The translations under genes were made by a program, and so were the position numbers. A stretch of DNA of 64,000 bases, taken from the NCBI RefSeq assembly GCF_009914755.1, contig NC_060928.1. One strand, given 5' to 3'. Origin of the DNA: the human T2T-CHM13v2.0 reference genome, Homo sapiens. The notes under the pieces are model-generated. The model did no database searches and was not told the DNA's origin. It worked only from the letters and a program-made list of their open reading frames with translations. Shown in pieces: positions 52,005 to 64,000 of this stretch (positions are counted from its first letter, which is position 1; each line of letters begins with the position of its first letter).

Positions 52005-55000
52005 CCGTCTCAGAAACTTGTTTGTGATGTGTGTATACAACTACCAGAGTTGAACATTTCTGTTACAGAGCAATTTTAAAACACTCTTTTTGTGGAATCT
52101 GAAAGTGGATAATTGGATAGCTTTGTGGATTTCGTTGGAAACGGGATGACGTATAAAATCTAGAGAGAAGCATTCTCAGGAACTTCTTTCTGATGTTTGC
52201 ATTCAAGTCACAGAATTGAACATTCCTTTTCATAGTGCAGGTTTGAAACACTCTTTCTGTAGTATCTGGAAGTGGACATTTCAAGCGCTTTCAGGCCTAC
52301 GGGGAGAAAGGAAATATCTTCAAATAAAAACTAGACAGAAGGATTCTCAGAAACTTATTTGTGATGTGTGTCCTCAACTAACAGAGTTGAACCTTTGTTT
52401 TGATACAGCATTTTGGAAACACTCCTTTTGTAGGATCTGCAGGTGGATATTTGGATAGATTTTAAGATTTCGTTGGAAACGGGAGTTTCTTCATAGAAAC
52501 TCAAGACAGATGCATTCTCAGAAACATCTCTGTGATGTTTGCATTCCACTCATAGAGTTGAAAACTTCCTTTCATAGAGCAGGTTTGAAACACTCTTTTT
52601 GTAATATTTGGAAGTGGACATTTGCAGCGCTTTGAGGCCTATGGGGAAAAAGGAAATATCTTCTCATAAAAACCAGAAACAAGCATTCTCAGAAACTTCT
52701 TTTTGATGTGTGTACTCAAGTAACAGAGTTGAACCTTCCTTTTGACACAGCAGTTTTGAAACAATCTTTTTGTAGAATCTGCAAGTGGATATTTGGATAG
52801 CTTTGAGGATTTCGTTGGAAACGGGCTATCTTCATATAAAATCTAGACAGAAGCATTCTCAGAAACTTCTTTGTGCTGTATGTCCTCAATTAACAGAGTT
52901 GAACCATTGCTTGGATACAGCATTTTGGAAACATTCCTTGAGTAGAATCTGCAAGTTGATATTTAGATAGATTTGAAGATTTCGTTGGAAAAGGGAATAT
53001 CTCCATATAAAATCTAGAGGGAAGCATTCTCAGAAACTGCTTTGTGATGTTTCCATTCAAGTCACAGAGTTGAATATTCCCTTTTATAGAGCACGTTTGA
53101 AACACTCTTTCTGCACTATCTGGAAGTGGACATTTCGAGCGCTTTGAGGCCTATGGTGAAAAAGGAAATATCTTCCCATAAAAACTAGACAGAAGCATTC
53201 TCAGAAACTTGTTTGTGATGTGTGTATTCAACTAACAGAGTTGAACTTTTGTTTTTACAGAGCCGTTTTAAAACACTCTTTTTGTGGAATCAGAAAGTGG
53301 ATATTCGGATGGCTCTGAGGATTTCGTTGGAAGCGGGATTACATATAAATTCTAGAGAGAAGCATTCTCAGGAACTTCTTTGTGATGTTTGCATTGAAGT
53401 CACAGAATTGAACATTCACTTTGATAGAGCAGGTTTGAAACACTCATTCTGTAGTATCTGGAAGTGGACATTTCAAGCGCTTTCAGGCCTATGGTGAGAA
53501 AGGAAATATCTTCGAATAAAAACTAGACAGAAGCATCCTCAGAAACTTATTTGTGATGTGTGTCCTCAACTAACAGAGTTGAAACTTTGTTTTGATACAG
53601 CATTTTGGAAACACTCTTTTTGTAGAATCTGCAGGTGGATATTTGGATAGCTTAGAGGGATTCGTTGGAAAGGGGATATCTTCATATAAAATCTAGACAG
53701 AAGCATTCTCAGAAACTTATTTGTGATGTGTGTCCTCAACTAACAGAGTTGAACCTTGGTTTTGATACAGCATTTTGGAAACACTCCTTTTGTAGAATCT
53801 GCAGGTGGATATGTGGATAGCTCTGAAGATTTCGTTGGAAACGGGAATTTCTTCATATAAAATCAAACAGAAGCATTCTCAGAAACTTCTCAGTGATGTT
53901 TGCATTCAGCTCATGGAGTTGAACACTTCCTTTCATAGAGCCGGTTTGAAACACTCTTTCTGCACTACCTGGAAGAGGACATTTCGAGCGCTTTGAGTCC
54001 TATGGTGAAAAGGGAAATATCTTCTCATAAAAACCAGAAAGAAGCATTCTCAGAAACTTCTTTGTGTTGTGTGTACTCATGTAACAGTGTTGAACCATCC
54101 TTTTGACAGAGCAGTTTTGAAACACTCTTTTTGTAGAATCTGCAAGTGGATATTTGGATAGCTTTGAGGATTTCGTTGGAAACGGGATGACATATAATAT
54201 CTAGAGAGAAGCATTCTCAGGAACTTCTTTGTGATGTTTGCATTCAAGTCACAGAATTGAACATTCCCTTTCATAGAGCAGGTTTGAAACACTCTTTCTC
54301 TAGTATCTGGAAGTGGGCATTTCAAGCGCTTTCAGGCCTATGGAGAGAAAGGAAATACCTTCAAATAAAAACTAGACAGAAGCATTCTCAGAAACTTATT
54401 TGTGATGTGTGTCCTCAACTAACAGAGTTGAACCTTTGTTTTGATACAGCATTTTGGAAACACTCCTTTTGTAGAATCTGCAGGTGGATATTTGGATAAC
54501 TTTGAAGATTTCGTTGGAAACCGGAATATCTTCATATAAAATCAAGACAGAAGCATTCTCGGAAACATCTCTGTGATGTTTGCATTCAACTCAGTAGAGT
54601 TGAACACATCCTTTCATAGAGCAGGTTTGAAACACTCTTTCTGCACTACCTGGAAGCGGACATTTCGAGCGCTTTGAGGCCTATGGTGAAAAAGGAAATA
54701 TCTTCTCATAAAAACCAGAAAGAAGCATTCTCAGAAACTTCTTTGTGTTGTGTGTACTCAAGTAACAGTGTTGAACCTTCCTTTTGACACAGCAGTTTTG
54801 AAACACTCTTTTGGTAGAATCTGCAAGTGGATATTTGGATAGCTTTGAGGATTTCGTTGGAAACGGGAATATCTTCATAGAAAATCTAGACGGAAGCATT
54901 CTCAGAAACTGCTTTGTGATGTTTGCATTCAAGTCACAGAGTTGAATATTCCCTTTTATAGAGTAGGTTTGAAACACTCTTTCGGCACTACCTGGAAGTG

Positions 55001-55066
55001 GATATTTCGAGCTCTTTGAGGCCTATGGTTAAAAGGAAATATCTTCCCATAAAAACTAGACAGAAG
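52005..55066 (+). repeat. HOR unit 16, 18-mer variant (3062 bp) with M17/M18 fusion monomer at 54726-54896
   Basis: M17 front (ttttggtagaat, tttgagg) joined to M18 tail (cgggaatatcttcatagaaaatctagacgg); the tccagacaggag/gctgcatg segment is absent. Confidence 0.93.
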
Positions 55067-58000
55067 CCGTCTCAGAAACTTGTTTGTGATGTGTGTATTC
55101 AACTAACAGAGTTGAACATTTCTGTTACAGAGCAATTTTAAAACACTCTTTTTGTGGAATCTGAAAGTGGATAATTGGATAGCTTTGTGGATTTCGTTGG
55201 AAACGGGATGACGTATAAAATCTAGAGAGAAGCATTCTCAGGAACTTCTTTGTGATGTTTGCATTCAAGTCACAGAATTGAACATTCCTTTTCATAGTGC
55301 AGGTTTGAAACACTCTTTCTGTAGTATCTGGAAGTGGACATTTCAAGCGCTTTCAGGCCTACGGGGAGAAAGGAAATATCTTCAAATAAAAACTAGACAG
55401 AAGGATTCTCAGAAACTTATTTGTGATGTGTGTCCTAAACGAACACAGTTGAACCTTTGTTTAGATACAGCATTTTGGAAACACTCCTTTTGTAGGATCT
55501 GCAGGTGGATATTTGGATAGATTTTAAGATTTCGTTGGAAACGGGAGTTTCTTCATAGAAACTCAAGACAGATGCATTCTCAGAAACATCTCTGTGATGT
55601 TTGCATTCCACTCATAGAGTTGAAAACTTCCTTTCATAGAGCAGGTTTGAAACACTCTTTTTGTAATATTTGGAAGTGGACATTTGCAGCGCTTTGAGGC
55701 CTATGGTGAAAAAGGAAATATCTTCTCATAAAAACCAGAAACAAGCATTCTCAGAAACTTCTTTTTGATGTGTGTACTCAAGTAACAGAGTTGAACCTTC
55801 CTTTTGACACAGCAGTTTTGAAACAATCTTTTTGTAGAATCTGCAAGTGGATATTTGGATAGCTTTGAGGATTTCGTTGGAAACGGGATACCTTCATATA
55901 AAATCTAGACAGAAGCATTCTCAGAAACTTCTTTGTGCTGTATGTCCTCAATTAACAGAGTTGAACCATTGCTTGGATACAGCATTTTGGAAACATTCCT
56001 TTAGTAGAATCTGCAAGTTGATATTTAGATAGATTTGAAGATTTCGTTGGAAAAGGGAATATCTCCATATAAAATCTAGACGGAAGCATTCTCAGAAACG
56101 GCTTTGTGATGTTTCCATTCAAGTCACAGAGTTGAATATTCCCTTTTATAGAGCACGTTTGAAACACTCTTTCTGCACTATCTGGAAGTGGACATTTCGA
56201 GCGCTTTGAGGCCTTTGTTGAAAAAGGAAATATCTTCCCATAAAAATTAGACAGAAGCATTCTCAGAAACTTGTTTGTGATGTGTGTATTCAACTAACAG
56301 AGTTGAACTTTTGTTTTTACAGAGCCGTTTTAAAACACTCTTTTTGTGGAATCAGAAAGTGGATATTCGGATGGCTCTGAGGATTTCGTTGGAAGCGGGA
56401 TTACATATAAAATCTAGAGAGAAGCATTCTCAGGAACTTCTTTGTGATGTTTGCATTGAAGTCACAGAATTGAACATTCACTTTGATAGAGCAGGTTTGA
56501 AACACTCATTCTGTAGTATCTGGAAGTGGACATTTCAAGCGCTTTCAGGCCTATGGTGAGAAAGGAAATATCTTCGAATAAAAACTAGACAAAAGCATCC
56601 TCAGAAACTTATTTGTGATGTGTGTCCTCAACTAACAGAGTTGAAACTTTGTTTTGATACAGCATTTTGGAAACACTCCTTTTGTAGAATCTGCAGGTGG
56701 ATATGTGGATAGCTCTGAAGATTTCGTTGGAAACGGGAATTTCTTCATATAAAATCAAACAGAAGCATTCTCAGAAACTTCTCAGTGATGTTTGCATTCA
56801 GCTCATGGAGTTGAACACTTCCTTTCATAGAGCCGGTTTGAAACACTCTTTCTGCACTACCTGGAAGAGGCCATTTCGAGCGCTTTGAGTCCTATGGTGA
56901 AAAAGGAAATATCTTCTCATAAAAACCAGAAAGAAGCATTCTCAGAAACTTCTTTGTGTTGTGTGTACTCATGTAACAGTGTTGAACCATCCTTTTGACA
57001 GAGCAGTTTTGAAACACTCTTTTTGTAGAATCTGCAAGTGGATATTTGGATAGCTTTGAGGATTTCGTTGGAAACGGGATGACATATAATATCTAGAGAG
57101 AAGCATTCTCAGGAACTTCTTTGTGCTGTTTGCATTCAAGTCACAGAATTGAACATTCCCTTTCATAGAGCAGATTTGAAACACTCTTTCTCTAGTATCT
57201 GGAAGTGGGCATTTCAAGCGCTTTCAGGCCTATTGAGAGAAAGGAAATACCTTCAAATAAAAACTAGACAGAAGCATTCTCAGAAACTTGTTTGTGATGT
57301 GTGTATTCAACTAACAGAGTTGAACTTTTGTTTTTACAGAGCCGTTTTAAAACACTCTTTTTGTGGAATCCGAAAGTGGATATTCGGATGGCTCTGAGGA
57401 TTTCGTTGGAAGCGGGATTACATATAAAATCTAGAGAGAAGCATTCTCAGGAACTTCTTTGTGATGTTTGCATTGAAGTCACAGAATTGAACATTCACTT
57501 TGATAGAGCAGGTTTGAAACACTCATTCTGTAGTATCTGGAAGTGGACATTTCAAGCGCTTTCAGGCCTATGGTGAGAAAGGAAATATCTTCGAATAAAA
57601 ACTAGACAGAAGCATCCTCAGAAACTTATTTGTGATGTGTGTCCTCAACTAACAGAGTTGAAACTTTGTTTTGATACAGCATTTTGGAAACACTCTTTTT
57701 GTAGAATCTGCAGGTGGATATTTGGATAGCTTAGAGGGATTCGTTGGAAAGGGGATATCTTCATATAAAATCTAGACAGAAGCATTCTCAGAAACTTATT
57801 TGTGATGTGTGTCCTCAACTAACAGAGTTGAACCTTGGTTTTGATACAGCATTTTGGAAACGCTCCTTTTGTAGAATCTGCAGGTGGATATGTGGATAGC
57901 TCTGAAGATTTCGTTGGAAACGGGAATTTCTTCATATAAAATCAAACAGAAGCATTCTCAGAAACTTCTCAGTGATGTTTGCATTCAGCTCATGGAGTTG

Positions 58001-59315
58001 AACACTTCCTTTCATAGAACCGGTTTGAAACACACTTTCTGCACTACCTGGAAGAGGACATTTCGAGCGCTTTGAGTCCTATGGTGAAAAAGGAAATATC
58101 TTCTCATAAAAACCAGAAAGAAGCATTCTCAGAAACTTCTTTGTGTTGTGTGTACTCATGTAACAGTGTTGAACCATCCTTTTGACAGAGCAGTTTTGAA
58201 ACACTCTTTTTGTAGAATCTGCAAGTGGATATTTGGATAGCTTTGAGGATTTCGTTGGAAACGGGATGACATATAATCTCTAGAGAGAAGCATTCTCAGG
58301 AACTTCTTTGTGATGTTTGCATTCAAGTCACAGAATTGAACATTCCCTTTCATAGAGCAGGTTTGAAACACTCTTTCTCTAGTATCTGGAAGTGGGCATT
58401 TCAAGCGCTTTCAGGCCTATGGAGAGAAAGGAAATACCTTCAAATAAAAACTAGACAGAAGCATTCTCAGAAACTTATTTGTGATGTGTGTCCTCAACTA
58501 ACAGAGTTGAACCTTTGTTTTGATACAGCATTTTGGAAACACTCCTTTTGTAGAATCTGCAGGTGGATATTTGGATAACTTTGAAGATTTCGTTGGAAAC
58601 CGGAATATCTTCATATAAAATCAAGACAGAAGCATTCTCGGAAACATCTCTGTGATGTTTGCATTCAACTCAGTAGAGTTGAACACTTCCTTTCATAGAG
58701 CCGGTTTGAAACACTCTTTCTGCACTACCTGGAAGCGGACATTTCGAGCGCTTTGAGGCCTATGGTGAAAAAGGAAATATCTTCTCATAAAAACCAGAAA
58801 GAAGCATTCTCAGAAACTTCTTTGTGTTGTGTGTACTCAAGTAACAGTGTTGAACCTTCCTTTTGACACAGCAGTTTTGAAACACTCTTTTGGTAGAATC
58901 TGCAAGTGGATATTTGGATAGCTTTGAGGATTTCGTTGGAAACGGGTTATCTTCATATAAAATCCAGACAGGAGCATTCTCAGAAACTTCTTTGTGCTGC
59001 ATGTCCTCAATTCACAGAGCTGAACCTTTGTTTGGATACAGCATTTTGGAAACATTCCTTTAGTAGAATCTGCAAGTTGATATTTAGATAGCTTTGAAGA
59101 TTTCGTTGGAAACGGGAATATCTTCATAGAAAATCTAGACGGAAGCATTCTCAGAAACTGCTTTGTGATGTTTGCATTCAAGTCACAGAGTTGAATATTC
59201 CCTTTTATAGAGTAGGTTTGAAACACTCTTTCGGCACTACCTGGAAGTGGATATTTCGAGCTCTTTGAGGCCTATGGTTAAAAGGAAATATCTTCCCATA
59301 AAAACTAGACAGAAG
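55067..59315 (+). repeat. HOR unit 17, 25-mer variant (4249 bp)
   Basis: M8 at 56258 and 57275; M10/11 fusion at 56596. Confidence 0.93.
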
Positions 59316-62300
59316 CCGTCTCAGAAACTTGTTTGTGATGTGTGTATACAACTACCAGAGTTGAACATTTCTGTTACAGAGCAATTTTAAAACACTCTTT
59401 TTGTGGAATCTGAAAGTGGATAATTGGATAGCTTTGTGGATTTCGTTGGAAACGGGATGACGTATAAAATCTAGAGAGAAGCATTCTCAGGAACTTCTTT
59501 GTGATGTTTGCATTCAAGTCACAGAATTGAACATTCCTTTTCATAGTGCAGGTTTGAAACACTCTTTCTGTAGTATCTGGAAGTGGACATTTCAAGCGCT
59601 TTCAGGCCTACGGGGAGAAAGGAAATATCTTCAAATAAAAACTAGACAGAAGGATTCTCAGAAACTTATTTGTGATGTGTGTCCTAAACGAACACAGTTG
59701 AACCTTTGTTTTGATACAGCATTTTGGAAACACTCCTTTTGTAGGATCTGCAGGTGGATATTTGGATAGATTTTAAGATTTCGTTGGAAACGGGAGTTTC
59801 TTCATAGAAACTCAAGACAGATGCATTCTCAGAAACATCTCTGTGATGTTTGCATTCCACTCATAGAGTTGAAAACTTCCTTTCATAGAGCAGGTTTGAA
59901 ACACTCTTTTTGTAATATTTGGAAGTGGACATTTGCAGCGCTTTGAGGCCTATGGTGAAAAAGGAAATATCTTCTCATAAAAACCAGAAACAAGCATTCT
60001 CAGAAACTTCTTTTTGATGTGTGTACTCAAGTAACAGAGTTGAACCTTCCTTTTGACACAGCAGTTTTGAAACAATCTTTTTGTAGAATCTGCAAGTGGA
60101 TATTTGGATAGCTTTGAGGATTTCGTTGGAAACGGGATATCTTCATATAAAATCTAGACAGAAGCATTCTCAGAAACTTCTTTGTGCTGTATGTCCTCAA
60201 TTAACAGAGTTGAACCATTGCTTGGATACAGCATTTTGGAAACATTCCTTGAGTAGAATCTGCAAGTTGATATTTAGATAGATTTGAAGATTTCGTTGGA
60301 AAAGGGAATATCTCCATATAAAATCTAGAGGGAAGCATTCTCAGAAACTGCTTTGTGATGTTTCCATTCAAGTCACAGAGTTGAATATTCCCTTTTATAG
60401 AGCACGTTTGAAACACTCTTTCTGCACTATCTGGAAGTGGACATTTCGAGCGCTTTGAGGCCTATGGTGAAAAAGGAAATATCTTCCCATAAAAACTAGA
60501 CAGAAGCATTCTCAGAAACTTGTTTGTGATGTGTGTATTCAACTAACAGAGTTGAACTTTTGTTTTTACAGAGCCGTTTTAAAACACTCTTTTTGTGGAA
60601 TCAGAAAGTGGATATTCGGATGGCTCTGAGGATTTCGTTGGAAGCGGGATTACATATAAAATCTAGAGAGAAGCATTCTCAGGAACTTCTTTGTGATGTT
60701 TGCATTGAAGTCACAGAATTGAACATTCACTTTGATAGAGCAGGTTTGAAACACTCATTCTGTAGTATCTGGAAGTGGACATTTCAAGCGCTTTCAGGCC
60801 TATGGTGAGAAAGGAAATATCTTCGAATAAAAACTAGACAGAAGCATCCTCAGAAACTTATTTGTGATGTGTGTCCTCAACTAACAGAGTTGAAACTTTG
60901 TTTTGATACAGCATTTTGGAAACACTCTTTTTGTAGAATCTGCAGGTGGATATTTGGATAGCTTAGAGGGATTCGTTGGAAAGGGGATATCTTCATATAA
61001 AATCTAGACAGAAGCATTCTCAGAAACTTATTTGTGATGTGTGTCCTCAACTAACAGAGTTGAACCTTGGTTTTGATACAGCATTTTGGAAACACTCCTT
61101 TTGTAGAATCTGCAGGTGGATATGTGGATAGCTCTGAAGATTTCGTTGGAAACGGGAATTTCTTCATATAAAATCAAACAGAAGCATTCTCAGAAACTTC
61201 TCAGTGATGTTTGCATTCAGCTCATGGAGTTGAACACTTCCTTTCATAGAGCCGGTTTGAAACACTCTTTCTGCACTACCTGGAAGAGGACATTTCGAGC
61301 GCTTTGAGTCCTATGGTGAAAAAGGAAATATCTTCTCATAAAAACCAGAAAGAAGCATTCTCAGAAACTTCTTTGTGTTGTGTGTACTCATGTAACAGTG
61401 TTGAACCATCCTTTTGACAGAGCAGTTTGGAAACACTCTTTTTGTAGAATCTGCAAGTGGATATTTGGATAGCTTTGAGGATTTCGTTGGAAACGGGATG
61501 ACATATAATCTCTAGAGAGAAGCATACTCAGGAACTTCTTTGTGATGTTTGCATTCAAGTCACAGAATTGAACATTCCCTTTCATAGAGCAGGTTTGAAA
61601 CACTCTTTCTCTAGTATCTGGAAGTGGGCATTTCAAGCGCTTTCAGGCCTATGGAGAGAAAGGAAATACCTTCAAATAAAAACTAGACAGAAGCATTCTC
61701 AGAAACTTATTTGTGATGTGTGTTCTCAACTAACAGAGTTGAACATTTGTTTTGATACAGCATTTTGGAAACACTCCTTTTGTAGAATCTGCAGGTGGAT
61801 ATTTGGATAACTTTGAAGATTTCGTTGGAAACCGGAATATCTTCATATAAAATCAAGACAGAAGCATTCTCGGAAACATCTCTGTGATGTTTGCATTCAA
61901 CTCAGTAGAGTTGAACACTTCCTTTCATAGAGCAGGTTTGAAACACTCTTTCTGCACTACCTGGAAGCGGACATTTCGAGCGCTTTGAGGCCTATGGTGA
62001 AAAAGGAAATATCTTCTCATAAAAACCAGAAAGAAGCATTCTCAGAAACTTCTTTGTGTTGTGTGTACTCAAGTAACAGTGTTGAACCTTCCTGTTGACA
62101 CAGCAGTTTTGAAACACTCTTTTGGTAGAATCTGCAAGTGGATATTTGGATAGCTTTGAGGATTTCGTTGGAAACGGGTTATCTTCATATAAAATCCAGA
62201 CAGGAGCATTCTCAGAAACTTCTTTGTGCTGCATGTCCTCAATTCACAGAGCTGAACCTTTGTTTGGATACAGCATTTTGGAAACATTCCTTTAGTAGAA

Positions 62301-62547
62301 TCTGCAAGTTGATAATTAGATAGCTTTGAAGATTTCGTTGGAAACGGGAATATCTTCATAGAAAATCTAGACGGAAGCATTCTCAGAAACTGCTTTGTGA
62401 TGTTTGCATTCAAGTCACAGAGTTGAATATTCCCTTTTATAGAGTAGGTTTGAAACACTCTTTCGGCACTACCTGGAAGTGGATATTTCGAGCTCTTTGA
62501 GGCCTATGGTTAAAAGGAAATATCTTCCCATAAAAACTAGACAGAAG
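59316..62547 (+). repeat. HOR unit 18, canonical 19-mer
   Basis: 3232-bp spacing. Confidence 0.95.
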
Positions 62548-64000
62548 CCGTCTCAGAAACTTGTTTGTGATGTGTGTATTCAACTAACAGAGTTGAACAT
62601 TTCTGTTACAGAGCAATTTTAAAACACTCTTTTTGTGGAATCTGAAAGTGGATAATTGGATAGCTTTGTGGATTTCGTTGGAAACGGGATGACGTATAAA
62701 ATCTAGAGAGAAGCATTCTCAGGAACTTCTTTCTGATGTTTGCATTCAAGTCACAGAATTGAACATTCCTTTTCATAGTGCAGGTTTGAAACACTCTTTC
62801 TGTAGTATCTGGAAGTGGACATTTCAAGCGCTTTCAGGCCTACGGGGAGAAAGGAAATATCTTCAAATAAAAACTAGACAGAAGGATTCTCAGAAACTTA
62901 TTTGTGATGTGTGTCCTAAACGAACACAGTTGAACCTTTGTTTTGATACAGCATTTTGGAAACACTCCTTTTGTAGGATCTGCAGGTGGATATTTGGATA
63001 GATTTTAAGATTTCGTTGGAAACGGGAGTTTCTTCATAGAAACTCAAGACAGATGCATTCTCAGAAACATCTCTGTGATGTTTGCATTCCACTCATAGAG
63101 TTGAAAACTTCCTTTCATAGAGCAGGTTTGAAACACTCTTTTTGTAATATTTGGAAGTGGACATTTGCAGCACTTTGAGGCCTATGGTGAAAAAGGAAAT
63201 ATCTTCTCATAAAAACCAGAAACAAGCATTCTCAGAAACTTCTTTTTGATGTGTGTACTCAAGTAACAGAGTTGAACCTTCCTTTTGACACAGCAGTTTT
63301 GAAACAATCTTTTTGTAGAATCTGCAAGTGGATATTTGGATAGCTTTGAGGATTTCGTTGGAAACGGGATATCTTCATATAAAATCTAGACAGAAGCATT
63401 CTCAGAAACTTCTTTGTGCTGTATGCCCTCAATTAACAGAGTTGAACCATTGCTTGGATACAGCATTTTGGAAACATTCCTTGAGTAGAATCTGCAAGTT
63501 GATATTTAGATAGATTTGAAGATTTCATTGGAAAAGGGAATATCTCCATATAAAATCTAGAGGGAAGCATTCTCAGAAACTGCTTTGTGATGTTTCCATT
63601 CAAGTCACAGAGTTGAATATTCCCTTTTATAGAGCACGTTTGAAACACTCTTTCTGCACTATCTGGAAGTGGACATTTCGAGCGCTTTGAGGCCTATGTT
63701 GAAAAAGGAAATATCTTCCCATAAAAACTAGACAGAAGCATTCTCAGAAACTTGTTTGTGATGTGTGTATTCAACTAACAGAGTTGAACTTTTGTTTTTA
63801 CAGAGCCGTTTTAAAACACTCTTTTTGTGGAATCAGAAAGTGGATATTCGGATGGCTCTGAGGATTTCGTTGGAAGCGGGATTACATATAAAATCTAGAG
63901 AGAAGCATTCTCAGGAACTTCTTTGTGATGTTTGCATTGAAGTCACAGAATTGAACATTCACTTTGATAGAGCAGGTTTGAAACACTCATTCTGTAGTAT
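62548..64000 (+). repeat. HOR unit 19, partial (M1 to mid-M9), truncated by window end
   Basis: Monomer order M1-M9 matches the canonical unit. Confidence 0.93.

Larger units (their letters stand above)
1..64000 (+). repeat. Alpha-satellite higher-order repeat array, canonical 19-mer of 3232 bp (centromeric; probably human chr4 D4Z1 / S2C4H1L)
   Basis: 166-172 bp monomers begin cattctcagaaact and carry alphoid hallmarks (acagagttgaac, tttgaaacactcttt, CENP-B box TTTCGTTGGAAACGGGA or the A-type cctatggtgaaaaaggaaat motif). Near-identical ORF-track entries recur at a 3232-bp period. Alpha-satellite identity is essentially certain; the chr4 assignment (about 0.8) rests on the recalled 19-mer/3.2-kb unit size. 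Confidence 0.98.

Noticed and set aside
55952-56293. Unique longer ORFs (113 aa here; 98 aa at 54681-54977; 64 aa at 32965, 39427, 45891, 49123, 52355)
   Set aside because: They arise from point changes or the fusion and conversion events described above; useful as markers of rearrangement, not as coding sequence.
26-63648. Numerous 61-129 aa ORFs on both strands in the ORF track
   Set aside because: They recur with the HOR period, overlap on opposite strands, often start at GTG/TTG, and are direct translations of alpha-satellite monomers with no recognisable domain. Not reported as genes.
1-64000. CRISPR-like or other repeat-spacer array (conserved cattctcagaaact motif every ~171 bp)
   Set aside because: The intervening sequences are homologous to one another and recur identically in each HOR; there are no unique spacers and no cas genes.
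1-64000. Transposon insertion, inversion or non-alphoid island
   Set aside because: All unit lengths are explained by whole monomers (plus one 2-bp deletion), orientation never flips, and I saw no poly(A), Alu or L1 sequence.

Overview
The whole 64 kb window is an uninterrupted head-to-tail array of primate centromeric alpha satellite (~171-bp monomers, single orientation). It is organised as a very homogeneous 19-monomer, 3232-bp higher-order repeat (HOR) rich in CENP-B boxes. From recalled unit size and monomer count the best match is the human chromosome 4 active array D4Z1 (S2C4H1L); this was not verified by alignment. I see no genes, RNA genes, transposons or CRISPR arrays, and every listed ORF is a by-product of the repeat. 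My own monomer numbering, M1-M19, starts at the unique 'ccgtctcagaaact' monomer; unit starts are (-32), 3030, 6262, 9494, 13743, 16975, 21224, 24964, 28196, 32615, 35845, 39077, 42309, 45541, 48773, 52005, 55067, 59316 and 62548. Unit lengths are 3062, 3232, 3232, 4249, 3232, 4249, 3740, 3232, 4419, 3230, 3232 (x5), 3062, 4249 and 3232, followed by a partial unit. I found no new gene system. The interesting content is a record of array evolution: five structural HOR variants (two different 18-mers, a 22-mer, a 25-mer and a 26-mer), a length-neutral out-of-register conversion recurring every second HOR, a crossover confined to a CENP-B box, a local cluster of CENP-B box knock-outs, and SNV haplotypes copied over distances of 3-55 kb.
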